Source: Pseudomonadota bacterium (GTDB lineage Bacteria; Pseudomonadota; Alphaproteobacteria; Caulobacterales; Caulobacteraceae). From it: DNA of 64,000 bases. The translations under genes and the position numbers were made by a program. The first letter of the stretch is position 1, and every line of letters begins with the position of its first letter. Positions 28,483 to 37,799 of this stretch are shown here, piece after piece. A model generated the notes under the pieces. The model did not search any database. It had not been told where the DNA came from and saw only the letters and a program-made list of their open reading frames with translations. The stretch lies in contig JAZKHL010000112.1 of the NCBI GenBank assembly GCA_040385365.1, positions 1,543 to 65,542 on the forward strand. The letters are read 5' to 3'.

Positions 28483-30105
28483 ATGCCCTCTCTCCATCGC
28501 CGCGCCGCTCTGTCGAGCCTTCTGGGCGGCGTCGCGCTCGCCGCTCTGCCGGGCCGCCCCGTCTTTGCCCAAACCAATGAGGCGGCCGCGCCGCTGGGCC
28601 GCGAATGGTCCCACATGCGCTGGGCGCGGGGCATCGAGAACCAGAGAAAGGCCGATCTGGGCGACGGGACGTTCCTGAACCCGATCATGTCGGGCGATCA
28701 CCCCGATCCGTCGATCCTGAAGGACGGCGACGACTACTACATGACTTTCTCGTCGTTCGAGTCGGTGCCAGGCATCCACATCTGGCATTCGAAGGATCTG
28801 GTGAACTGGCAGCCGGTGGTCGCGGCCCTGACGACCAATATCGGTTCCGTCTGGGCGCCCGAGCTCTGCAAGCACGGCGACCGGTTCTATGTCTACATCC
28901 CGGCCCGTTTCCCCGATTACCGCTCCAGCTACGTCATCTGGGCCGACGCGATCGAGGGACCCTGGTCGGAGCCGATTGACCTGAAGCTGCCGAACCGGAT
29001 CGACCCCGGCCACATCGTCGGCGAGGACGGCAAACGCTACCTGTTCATGAGTGGCGGCGACCGGGTGAAGCTGACCGACGATGGTCTGGCGACCGACGGC
29101 GAGCTGGAGCACGTCTACGACCCCTGGCGCTATCCCGACGACTGGATCGTCGAAGGCTTCGCACCCGAAGGCCCCAAGCTGATGAAGCGGGGAGACTATT
29201 TCTACATGATCACCGCCGTTGGCGGCACGGCCGGTCCGCCGACCGGGCATATGGTCATCGCGGCGCGGTCGCGGTCCATCCACGGCCCGTGGGAGAACTG
29301 CCCGCACAACCCGATCGTCCGCACGGTCTCCGGCGCCGAGAAATGGTGGTCGCGGGGTCACGCCACCCTGGTCGAGGGGCCTGCCGGCGACTGGTACATG
29401 GTCTACCACGGCTACGAGAACGCCTACTGGAGCCTGGGTCGCCAGACGCTGTTGGACCCAGTCGAGTGGACCGAGGACGGCTGGTTCCGCGCCAAGGGTG
29501 GCGATCTGGCGACGCCGCTGCCGATGCCGGAGGGCGGCACGGCCGTCCCGCACGGCATGGCGCTTTCGGATGACTTCTCGACCGACAAGTTCGGCATCCA
29601 GTGGAGCTTCTACGACCCCCAGGCGGACGAGAAATCACGGCTGACGCGCGCCGAGGGCGTGCTGCACATGCGTTCCAAGGGAACCGCGCCCAGCAACTGT
29701 TCGCCGCTGACCTTCGTGCAGGGCGATCAGGGCTATGTGCTGGAATGCGAGATCGAGATCGATCCGGGGACGGTCGCCGGGATCATCCTGTTCTACGACC
29801 GTCAGCTTTACGCCGGGCTGGGTTTCGACCCCGCCAAGTTCGTCACCCACCAGTACGGCATCGAACGCGGCCGACCCGAGCATGCCTATGGTTCCAAGAT
29901 GCACCTACGGCTCACCAACGCCTTCCAGAACGTCTATTTCGATACATCGAGCGACGGCGTGACCTGGAAGCGGTTCGACCGGGGGATGGAGGTTTCCGGT
30001 TATAACCAGAACGTCCGCGGCGGATTCATGATGCTGCGCCCCGCGCTCTATGCGGCGGGGGAGGGCGAGGCCCGGTTCAAGAACTTTACCTACCGCGCGC
30101 TCTAG
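28483..30105 (+). CDS. GH43 beta-xylosidase with C-terminal beta-sandwich, probable Tat substrate
   Basis: 'HRRAAL' signal; 'GDHPDPSI', 'SKDLVNW', 'VWAPEL', 'IDPG', 'EGPKL', 'GHATLV', 'LGRQTLL'. Confidence 0.85.
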   Translation: MPSLHRRAALSSLLGGVALAALPGRPVFAQTNEAAAPLGREWSHMRWARGIENQRKADLGDGTFLNPIMSGDHPDPSILKDGDDYYMTFSSFESVPGIHIWHSKDLVNWQPVVAALTTNIGSVWAPELCKHGDRFYVYIPARFPDYRSSYVIWADAIEGPWSEPIDLKLPNRIDPGHIVGEDGKRYLFMSGGDRVKLTDDGLATDGELEHVYDPWRYPDDWIVEGFAPEGPKLMKRGDYFYMITAVGGTAGPPTGHMVIAARSRSIHGPWENCPHNPIVRTVSGAEKWWSRGHATLVEGPAGDWYMVYHGYENAYWSLGRQTLLDPVEWTEDGWFRAKGGDLATPLPMPEGGTAVPHGMALSDDFSTDKFGIQWSFYDPQADEKSRLTRAEGVLHMRSKGTAPSNCSPLTFVQGDQGYVLECEIEIDPGTVAGIILFYDRQLYAGLGFDPAKFVTHQYGIERGRPEHAYGSKMHLRLTNAFQNVYFDTSSDGVTWKRFDRGMEVSGYNQNVRGGFMMLRPALYAAGEGEARFKNFTYRAL

Positions 30106-30131
30106 ACAGGCGCTGACACGCTGAACGACCA

Positions 30132-30160
30132 AGGGCGGGTCCGCATGGCGGGCCCGCCCT
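30132..30160. terminator. GC-rich hairpin after the GH43 gene
   Basis: agggcgggtccgc-atg-gcgggcccgccct inverted repeat between convergent genes. Confidence 0.55.
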
Positions 30161-30179
30161 AACGCTGTGCGCGACGCAT

Positions 30180-30212
30180 AAAAAAAGGAGCGCCGGTCGA
30201 AACCGGCGCTCC
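30180..30212 (-). terminator. Rho-independent terminator of the TonB-dependent receptor gene
   Basis: ggagcgccggt-cgaa-accggcgctcc stem with an A7 tract on + (U tract on -). Confidence 0.75.
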
Positions 30213-30295
30213 AGGTCTGACTCAGGTCCTTGGGAGGAGCACGTCGTCAGTGAGGGGGCCGGGTCCGCGCCAGTTCGGCGCGAACCCGGAAATCA

Positions 30296-33200
30296 TTAGA
30301 AGCTGGCGCGGGCGCCGACGAAGAACTGGCGACCGGTCGAGCCGTAGTTGGTCACGACGGGATCGTCGGCGTACCCCCAGCGGTTGGTCGTCTGGTTGGT
30401 CAGGTTCAGCGCCTCGAAGCTCAGGCGGATATTGTCCGTCAGGGCGTAGGAGGCAGAGAAGTCCACGTTCAGCGTTTCCTTGCTGCCCAGGAAGTCGTTG
30501 ACCAGCGGCGAGTCCGAGAAGCCCGGATCGGTCGTGCCCGAAGCGATCGGATAGGTCGTCACATACTCGGCGCGATAGGCCGCAGAGACACGTGCCGTGA
30601 ACCGGGGAACTTCATAGAACAGGGTGAAGTTGAACGCGTCGGGCGAAGCGCCCGTGAACGGTCCGACGCCCGTGACCAGAGGCTGCGGCGTCAGGATGTA
30701 GTTCAGTTCCGATTCCAGGTGAGTGTAGTTCGCCTGGATGCCGAGGTTGGTGAAATACCAGGGCAGGAAGGTCAGGTTCTGCTGATAGCTGACCTCGACA
30801 CCGCGGATGTAGCCGCCCGGTGCGTCGCGGAACTGACGAATGCCGAACGACCGGTCGGCGGCGATGTAGTCCACCTGGTTCTGGGCGTTCTGGCGCGCCG
30901 CGGCCGACTGGGTCGTATCGGCGACGATGGCTTCGAACTCGGCGCGCAGTTCGGCGATCGCCGTGGCGTCCAGGATGGACGTCAGCGAGCCCTCACCGAC
31001 CAGCGTCTGGGGGAAGGACGAGATGTCCTTGTCGAAGAGGGCCACCGAGAACAGGGCGTCTTCCTGGAAATACCACTCGAAGCTGAGGTCCAGATTGGTG
31101 GCCAGGAACGGTTTCAGGTTCGGGTTGCCCACGGTGATCGAAGCGCCCGTGGTGGCGCCCAGAGCGTTGGGAACCGTGAAGGCGGTGACGCTCGGCGCCA
31201 GATTGCCCAGTAGAGGACGGGCCATGACGCTCGCCGCGCCGAAGCGGATGATCATGTCGTCCGCGATCTCGTAGGCGAGGTTCATCGACGGCAGAATGTT
31301 GGTGTATTGGTTGTTGGCGCTGATCGCGCGACCCCGGTTGGTGAAGCCGCTCGAAGTCAGATCGGTCTCCGCTCGGCGCAAACCGGCGTTACCGCGCAGA
31401 TCACGCCCGAAAAGCTGCAGATTGAAGTCGGCCTGTGCGTAGTAGCTCAGGTCGTCCTCTTCGACCGTGAAGGTCTGCGCGAAGTTGAACTTGGTCGAGA
31501 TGCGCCAGTCGTTCCACTTGTTGACGCAGTTGCACTCGAAATCGAAGACCCGGCGGAAGGCGTCCAGATTGGGCGCGAAGAACGAGGTCGGCGTGCCGGC
31601 CGGCAGGTCCAGACCTTGTCCGAATGTGAAGACCGAACCCATCTCGTTGATGTTGACGCCGGCTTCGAGCAGGCTGGGGTTCAGGGTCTCACGCGCGGAT
31701 TCACGCTGCAGCGCCGTGGTCGAGAAGCCGAAAGTCTTCTTGGTGGCTCCGAACTTGAACGTGACCTGGTCGCTGGCATCCCAGGCGAAGTCGAGCGAGC
31801 CGCCGGAATAATCGTTCTCCACCCGGCGCTCGAAGTAGCGGATGGCCGAGAAGCCCTTGACCACGTCCCATTTGGTCGGGTCGGCGACGTCGAAGCCGAA
31901 GTTGATCGACGGCATGTCGCCGCCCGCACGGTCGTCATAAACGAAATAGCCGTCGCCGGTTGCGCCGCTGCCCGAGTTCAAGCGGTTGAACTCCACCAGC
32001 GAGCCTTGGGATTCGTTGACCGAGCTGCTTTCGCCGTAGATGGCGCGGACACGCAGGGTGTCGCTGAACTCATGATCGACGGTGACCGTGGCCTGTTTGA
32101 ACTCGGTCTGGAAGCGCGCTTCGTCCGCTGCCGACCGCATGTCGACGTTACCCAGGACCAGATAGTTGGCGTTCTGGCCGTTGTCGCTGAGGCCGGCGTC
32201 CAGCAGACGCACGCCCGGACGACCGATCAGGTCATAGCGACGCGCCAAGCCGGTGGGGTCGAAGATGTAACCGCGCGACGAAGGGCTGTTGTAATAATCG
32301 TAAGGCTCGAGATTGTTCGGATTGAAGCTGAAGCCGGACAGGGTGCCGGGCACCGGCGTGGTGCCATAGATTTGCTGACCGCAATCGATGCCGGCGAGAA
32401 TCGCGGTTTCGGCGCGCGCCGTGCAGTTCGCATAAAGGCCACGGCGCAGGGCGTTGGTGCCGCCCACGTTGGCGTTGGCCAGCTGGTAAGTGGCGGGCGC
32501 AGCCGTACCCTGGGTGTTGTTGCGGTTCAGGCCGACGGGCGAGATTTGATAGTTGGTCGAGACCTGATCCAGTTTGGAATAGACGCCGTCGATCGCGATC
32601 GTCGTGCGATCGGTCGGACGCCACTGGAAGCCCGTGGTGATGCCGATCCGCTCCTGCTCGAGCGCCTGCTGGTTGATGGTCGGCAGGGCGGGGATGCGCA
32701 CCAGCGAGCCGGGCGAGATGGTCGTGCCGGCTGCGGTGCCGGTGGCGTTGTTGTTCCGCAGCGTCGACCCGATCGGTGAGTTGATCAGGTTGTAGGCGGC
32801 AAGGTTGGAGCCGCGCAGGGCGTCGCAGTACGAGATGTTGGTAATGTTGACGCCGGGAATGACGCCGTTGTTACAGGCGGTCCCGGTCGGAGCGGCGAAG
32901 CCCTGACGGGTCAGGATGCTGGTGCCCGCCGCGATGTTGGGCGTGCCGGCGAATGTCGCGCCGCGGTAGGTGTAGTCAGACTGGCCCGCCTGACGCTGAT
33001 AGCTGTCGACGGTCTGGTCGCGCTTGTTGTAGGCGATCGAGCCGATCAGGCCGATCTCGCCGAGGTGATTGAACTGCCAACGGTTCGATGCCAGCGCCGC
33101 GACACGCGGATTGTGGGTCTCGCCGTTCTCGTAATAGGCGTCCTGGACCGACAGGCCCAGACGCGGGCCCTGATAGTCGAAGGGACGTCCGGTCTGCAGG

Positions 33201-33742
33201 TCGACCGTCGCGCCCAGCGACCCTTCTTCGGTCTCTGCTGACGCCGTCTTCTGGACCTTCAGCGAGTTGAACAGCTCGGAGGCGAAGGTGTTGAAATCGA
33301 AGCCCCGGCCGCGGTTGGGGTTGTCGCCGGAAATGCTGGCTCCGGCGGTCGAAAGCGCCTCCATGCCGTTCAGGCGGACGCGGGTGAAGTCGCTGCCGAG
33401 GCCGCGAACGGTGATGCTCCGGCCTTCGCCGTTCTCGCGGTCGATCGAAACGCCCGGCAGGCGCTGCAGCGACTCGGCCAGGTTGGCGTCGGGGAAGTCG
33501 GCGATATCCTCGGCATTGATGGCGTCCACCATCACATTCGCGTTGCGCTTGGTGTTCAGTGCGCTGCGCAGGGAGCCTCGGAAGCCGGTGACGACGACTT
33601 CATCGACCTGAGACGCTTCATCGTCCTGGGGCGCGGGCGCTGAGGGTGAGGTCTGCGCCCACGCGCCCGTTGCGGCGAGCGTGAACAGGATGACGCCTGC
33701 GGAGGCGGCGGTGCGCAGATGGCGCAGCTTGGCTGTCGACAT
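30296..33742 (-). CDS. TonB-dependent receptor, large (1148 aa)
   Basis: 'VDEVVVTGFRGSL', 'DAINAEDIADFPDANLAESLQRLPGVSI', 'NPNLKPF', C-terminal 'TGRQFFVGARASF'. Confidence 0.92.
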   Translation of the reverse strand: MSTAKLRHLRTAASAGVILFTLAATGAWAQTSPSAPAPQDDEASQVDEVVVTGFRGSLRSALNTKRNANVMVDAINAEDIADFPDANLAESLQRLPGVSIDRENGEGRSITVRGLGSDFTRVRLNGMEALSTAGASISGDNPNRGRGFDFNTFASELFNSLKVQKTASAETEEGSLGATVDLQTGRPFDYQGPRLGLSVQDAYYENGETHNPRVAALASNRWQFNHLGEIGLIGSIAYNKRDQTVDSYQRQAGQSDYTYRGATFAGTPNIAAGTSILTRQGFAAPTGTACNNGVIPGVNITNISYCDALRGSNLAAYNLINSPIGSTLRNNNATGTAAGTTISPGSLVRIPALPTINQQALEQERIGITTGFQWRPTDRTTIAIDGVYSKLDQVSTNYQISPVGLNRNNTQGTAAPATYQLANANVGGTNALRRGLYANCTARAETAILAGIDCGQQIYGTTPVPGTLSGFSFNPNNLEPYDYYNSPSSRGYIFDPTGLARRYDLIGRPGVRLLDAGLSDNGQNANYLVLGNVDMRSAADEARFQTEFKQATVTVDHEFSDTLRVRAIYGESSSVNESQGSLVEFNRLNSGSGATGDGYFVYDDRAGGDMPSINFGFDVADPTKWDVVKGFSAIRYFERRVENDYSGGSLDFAWDASDQVTFKFGATKKTFGFSTTALQRESARETLNPSLLEAGVNINEMGSVFTFGQGLDLPAGTPTSFFAPNLDAFRRVFDFECNCVNKWNDWRISTKFNFAQTFTVEEDDLSYYAQADFNLQLFGRDLRGNAGLRRAETDLTSSGFTNRGRAISANNQYTNILPSMNLAYEIADDMIIRFGAASVMARPLLGNLAPSVTAFTVPNALGATTGASITVGNPNLKPFLATNLDLSFEWYFQEDALFSVALFDKDISSFPQTLVGEGSLTSILDATAIAELRAEFEAIVADTTQSAAARQNAQNQVDYIAADRSFGIRQFRDAPGGYIRGVEVSYQQNLTFLPWYFTNLGIQANYTHLESELNYILTPQPLVTGVGPFTGASPDAFNFTLFYEVPRFTARVSAAYRAEYVTTYPIASGTTDPGFSDSPLVNDFLGSKETLNVDFSASYALTDNIRLSFEALNLTNQTTNRWGYADDPVVTNYGSTGRQFFVGARASF

Positions 33743-33814
33743 AACTTTTAGCTCCCCATGTCCGACCCTCTAACGGGACCTGGACCCAGCCTTTCGGCAA
33801 AAACAACAGCAGCG

Positions 33815-33830
33815 ATGATACCGGTGTCAT
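33815..33830. promoter_or_regulatory. LacI-type palindromic operator upstream of the TBDR
   Basis: ATGATACCGGTGTCAT, near-perfect palindrome with CG centre, about 75 bp upstream of the start codon. Confidence 0.6.
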
Positions 33831-34142
33831 AGCCGTTTGGCTACAGCCCGGGAGTCGCAACGCGTCCAGATCGATTTAGTATGATAATCTTACGAGTGCA
33901 AGCGCGGGCTTCGGGACCGATCTCTGTCGTGACACGCGTTCGTACCCAGGCGTTCTGAAGTCGCGAGATGAGGATCGTGACGGAGCGTCTCCCTAGCAGT
34001 TGAAATGAGGTCGCGGCTTACCTGTCGCAAGGTATGCAGATCGAGGGTTCTGGCGATGCTGCCAGCCTCACGCACACCTGTCGTCACTGAATGATGGCGA
34101 CCTAACAATGCGAGGGAGGTGGAAGACCTAACTCCAGCTGTA

Positions 34143-34256
34143 GGCATCAACCTGACCGATGAGTTCAACGATCTGTACGTCGATGCCTCGGACCGCTTGA
34201 ACGTCCATACCCACACCGGCCGCCAGTTTTTCGCGGGCGTGCGCTACACCTTCTGA
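34143..34256 (+). pseudogene. 3'-terminal remnant of a TonB-dependent receptor gene
   Basis: Translates GINLTDEFNDLYVDASDRLNVHTHTGRQFFAGVRYTF*, a TBDR last-strand signature; in-frame stop at 34092 and no upstream body. Confidence 0.8.
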
Positions 34257-34284
34257 GACAAGACGTTCTCCCAAAGATGTCTCG

Positions 34285-34323
34285 GCGCCGGATTCCTTCA
34301 TGGGGGCCGGCGCTTTTTTTTTT
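34285..34323 (+). terminator. Rho-independent terminator after the TBDR remnant
   Basis: gcgccgg..ccggcgc stem followed by T10. Confidence 0.8.
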
Positions 34324-34543
34324 GCGCCAGATGGTCGCAGCCAGATTCCCAGCGCGCATTTTCTGGGGCTGAGGTGCCTGGCGGGCAGGAGAGGGAACGT
34401 CCGCCTCTGAGTCTCAGCAGCCATTTGAAAAGTCTGCTTTGTCATCGTTGTCCTGCAACGTGACACTGTCGATCAGCACAGCGGTTGAGCTTCACTCCGC
34501 AGCGATTAAACGCCCATGGTGCGGATTTTCAACGAGGTGCCTC

Positions 34544-36028
34544 GTGTCTGATTTTGCGATTGCCCAGACGCCTTTCGGCCCCGTTCGGGGAGCGCGTCAG
34601 TCATTTGGCGTCTGCTTCCTGGGTGTGCCTTACGCCGCTGCGCCCGTTGGCGAACTGCGCTTTAGCTCGCCGCAACCGCATCAGCCTTGGAGCGAACCTC
34701 GCGATGCGACGCGGCACGGGCCGACCGCACCCTATCAACTGGCGGACTTTGAAGCTCTGGATCTCGCGCCGCTCGTTGGCGAAGGCTGGATCCAGGGTGA
34801 TGACTATCTGAACCTGAACATCTGGACGCCGGACCCCACGGCGTCGGGCCTGCCTGTGCTCGTCTTCATCCACGGCGGGGCCTGGACGGGCGGGTCGGGC
34901 GCGGCGCCCGTGCACGACGGAGCGGCCTTCGCGCGAGACGGCGTGGTCTGCGTGACGATCAACTATCGGCTGGGTATCGATGGCTTCCTGCCCATTCCGG
35001 GCGTGCCGACCAATCTGGGCCTGCGCGACATGATCGCGGCATTGGAATGGATACAGAAGGGAATTGCGGCGTTCGGCGGCGATCCGGCGAACGTGACCGT
35101 GGCCGGAGAGTCCGCCGGGGCCATGTCGATCGGGGATCTGGTCACGTCGCCCTTGGCCAAAGGGCTGTTCAGACGGGCGATCATCCAGAGCGGCCATGGC
35201 TCGATGGTGCGGTCGATCGCGACGAACCGGAAAGTCGTGGACCGGTTGGCGAAGATGTTGGGCATACCGGCGACCATCGACGGGTTCCGGACAGTTTCGG
35301 CGCAGGCCGGGCTAGATGCGCTAGACAAGGTTCAGCAGCCGGCAGCCAAGTTGGACCTTCGCGGTCCGACAGGGCGTGAGCCTGCCTATGGGCTAAGCAA
35401 ATTCCTCCCCGTTTTTGGAGACGACGTCATCCCCGTCCCGCCGCTGCGGGCGTTGGAACAGGGCGCGGGGGCCGAGGTCGATGTGTTGATCGGCACCAAT
35501 TTGGAGGAGATGAACATCTATCTCGTCCCGACGGGGGCCAAGGCCAAGATCAACGGTCTGCTGGCCTGGTTCATTCTCGGCAAGGTGGAGCCCAAGGCAG
35601 GGCGGATGCTGAAGGCCTATAAGCGCGAGGGCGAGAAGGCCGGCGACCAACTGGCCCGAGTGCTGTCGGATCTCGTCTTTCGCTGGCCCGCGCGGGTGTT
35701 CGCGGCGCGGCATCGGGGCCGCACGCATTTTTATGAGATGGGCTGGCGCTCCCCCGCTTTCGACGGCGAGTTAGGCGCGTGCCACGCGGTGGAAATGCCG
35801 TTCGTGTTCGACACCCTGGCGACAGGTGCCGGGCCTAAGGGGTTCCTGGGCGAGGCACCGCCGCAGGCTCTGGCCAGCAGCATCCACAAGATCTGGGTCG
35901 ATTATGCGCGGGACGGCACAGCGCCCTGGCCTGAGTATGAGCCCAGAACGCGGCAGGTCTACCGGCTGGATCTCGGCGAGGCGGTGCGCGATCCGGACAT
36001 TCCTGCCGCCAGGCTGTGGCGCGAATAG
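34544..36028 (+). CDS. Carboxylesterase type B (COesterase family)
   Basis: 'FLGVPYAAAPVGELRF', 'HGGAW', 'NYRLG', 'GESAG' nucleophile, 'GACHAVE'; GTG start behind GAGG. Confidence 0.88.
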   Translation: MSDFAIAQTPFGPVRGARQSFGVCFLGVPYAAAPVGELRFSSPQPHQPWSEPRDATRHGPTAPYQLADFEALDLAPLVGEGWIQGDDYLNLNIWTPDPTASGLPVLVFIHGGAWTGGSGAAPVHDGAAFARDGVVCVTINYRLGIDGFLPIPGVPTNLGLRDMIAALEWIQKGIAAFGGDPANVTVAGESAGAMSIGDLVTSPLAKGLFRRAIIQSGHGSMVRSIATNRKVVDRLAKMLGIPATIDGFRTVSAQAGLDALDKVQQPAAKLDLRGPTGREPAYGLSKFLPVFGDDVIPVPPLRALEQGAGAEVDVLIGTNLEEMNIYLVPTGAKAKINGLLAWFILGKVEPKAGRMLKAYKREGEKAGDQLARVLSDLVFRWPARVFAARHRGRTHFYEMGWRSPAFDGELGACHAVEMPFVFDTLATGAGPKGFLGEAPPQALASSIHKIWVDYARDGTAPWPEYEPRTRQVYRLDLGEAVRDPDIPAARLWRE

Positions 36029-36039
36029 GGAGGTCGCAG

Positions 36040-36813
36040 ATGTATCTGGAACGCTTCAAGGTCACCGACCAGGTCGCCGTGGTCACGGGCGGAGCCAGCG
36101 GCATCGGCTTTTCGTGCGCGGAGGCTCTGGCCGAGGCGGGGGCGCGGTTGGTCATCGCTGATCTGAAGCAAGACGCAATCGACAAGGCGATCGCCGCGTT
36201 CGCTGAAAAGGACTTCGCGGCCGAGGGCGTCATCATGGACGTGTCGGACGCCAAGGCGGTTGAACGGGCGGCCGACGATGTGGTCGCGCGTCTGGGTCGG
36301 ATCGATATTCTGGTCAACAATGCCGGGATCGCCCGCAGCGAGATCGCGGCCGAGGACATGGAGGACGAACGCTGGCTGAACGTCCTCGACGTCAACCTGA
36401 ACGGGACCTTCTGGTGCGCGCGGGCGGTCGGGCGGCACATGCTGGCGCAGGGGTCCGGCAGTATCGTCAATGTCGGCTCGATGAGCGGCCTCATCGTCAA
36501 CCGGCCGCAGGGCCAGGCGCACTACAATGCGTCGAAGGCGGCCGTGCATCAGCTGACGCGGTCGTTGGCGGCGGAGTGGGGCGCGCGGGGCGTGAGGGTG
36601 AATGCGGTGGCGCCGACCTATATCGCCACGCCGCTGAACGCCTTCGCCGATCGCGAGGCCCCGATGTACAAACGGTGGATCGACTCAACACCCATGGGGC
36701 GGCTGGGGGAGCCGGAGGAGGTCGCGTCCGTGGTCCTGTTCCTGGCGTCCAACGCGGCCAGTTTGATGACCGGATCGATCGTCCTGGTCGACGGCGGGTA
36801 CACCTGTTGGTGA
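36040..36813 (+). CDS. SDR polyol dehydrogenase (galactitol 2-dehydrogenase-like)
   Basis: 'TGGASGIG', 'NNAGIAR', 'GSMSGLIVNRPQ..HYNASKAAVHQLTRSLAAEW', 'VDGGYTCW'; resembles Rhodobacter galactitol dehydrogenase as recalled. Confidence 0.75.
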   Translation: MYLERFKVTDQVAVVTGGASGIGFSCAEALAEAGARLVIADLKQDAIDKAIAAFAEKDFAAEGVIMDVSDAKAVERAADDVVARLGRIDILVNNAGIARSEIAAEDMEDERWLNVLDVNLNGTFWCARAVGRHMLAQGSGSIVNVGSMSGLIVNRPQGQAHYNASKAAVHQLTRSLAAEWGARGVRVNAVAPTYIATPLNAFADREAPMYKRWIDSTPMGRLGEPEEVASVVLFLASNAASLMTGSIVLVDGGYTCW

Positions 36814-37715
36814 GCGCCGACACGCCCTTGGTCGCCGGTGTCGAGCTCGGCGGGACCAAATGCATCCTCGTCCTGGGCACCGGGCCGGGCGACATCCGCG
36901 CCGAGGCCCGCATCGCGACGACGACGCCGGTCGAGACGCTGGACGCCATCGACGAGGTGCTACGTCGCTGGCAGGCCAAGCATGGGTTTCAGGCCGTGGG
37001 CGTGGCGAGCTTCGGTCCGATCGAGCTGGACCCCGCCTCGCCCGACCACGGCCGGATCGTCAATACGCCCAAGCCCGGCTGGTCGGGGGCAAACGTGCTG
37101 GGTCGCGCACGGCGCTGGGGCGTGCCGATCGGCTTCGACACGGACGTCAACGCCGCCGCCTTCGCCGAGGGACGGTGGGGCGGAGCGCTCGGTCTGTCGT
37201 CGTTCGCCTATGTGACCGTGGGAACCGGCATCGGCGTCGGGGCCGTCGTCGAGGGGCGCTCCATCCGGGGGCTGGGCCATATGGAGGCGGGTCATCTGCG
37301 GGTCGGACGGCTGGCGGGCGGGGACTTCGCCGGGGTCTGTCCCTTCCATGGCGATTGCGTGGAGGGGCTGGCGTCCGGCCCGGCGATCGCGGCGCGCGCG
37401 GGGTTTCCGGCCGAGACACTGACGCGGTCCGATCCCGCCTGGGACGAGCCAGTCTTTGCCCTGGCGGGTCTGTTCCACAATCTGGTCCTGAGCGTCGCGC
37501 CTGAGCGGATCCTGCTGGGCGGCGGGATCGGCATGGGGCAGCCGCATCTGCTGCCGCGCATCCGGGCGGCCCTTCTCGACAGTCTGGCGGGCTATGCGCA
37601 GGCGCCCCGTATCGCTGCGGGAATCGACGCGTTTCTGGTCAATCCAGCACTGGGTCATCGCGCGGGACCGATGGGTGCGATGGCGCTGGCCTACCTGGCG
37701 CTGAGTACCCTGTGA
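36810..37715 (+). CDS. ROK-family sugar kinase (fructokinase-like)
   Basis: 'VELGGTK', 'DTDVNAAA', 'GTGIG', 'EAGH', 'CPFHGDCVEGLASG'; GTG overlaps SDR stop. Confidence 0.85.
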   Translation: MSADTPLVAGVELGGTKCILVLGTGPGDIRAEARIATTTPVETLDAIDEVLRRWQAKHGFQAVGVASFGPIELDPASPDHGRIVNTPKPGWSGANVLGRARRWGVPIGFDTDVNAAAFAEGRWGGALGLSSFAYVTVGTGIGVGAVVEGRSIRGLGHMEAGHLRVGRLAGGDFAGVCPFHGDCVEGLASGPAIAARAGFPAETLTRSDPAWDEPVFALAGLFHNLVLSVAPERILLGGGIGMGQPHLLPRIRAALLDSLAGYAQAPRIAAGIDAFLVNPALGHRAGPMGAMALAYLALSTL

Positions 37716-37719
37716 TCCG

Positions 37720-37757
37720 ACCTATCTGACAGGTCTTGCCAAACCTGTCAGATAGGT
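37720..37757. promoter_or_regulatory. Double operator: perfect 15-bp inverted repeat
   Basis: ACCTATCTGACAGGT-N8-ACCTGTCAGATAGGT; each arm is itself quasi-palindromic; a related copy lies at 39378-39392. Confidence 0.65.
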
Positions 37758-37799
37758 TCAGCTTCTCTTTAGCTCTCGAAGAAGAGCGAGGAGGACGCC

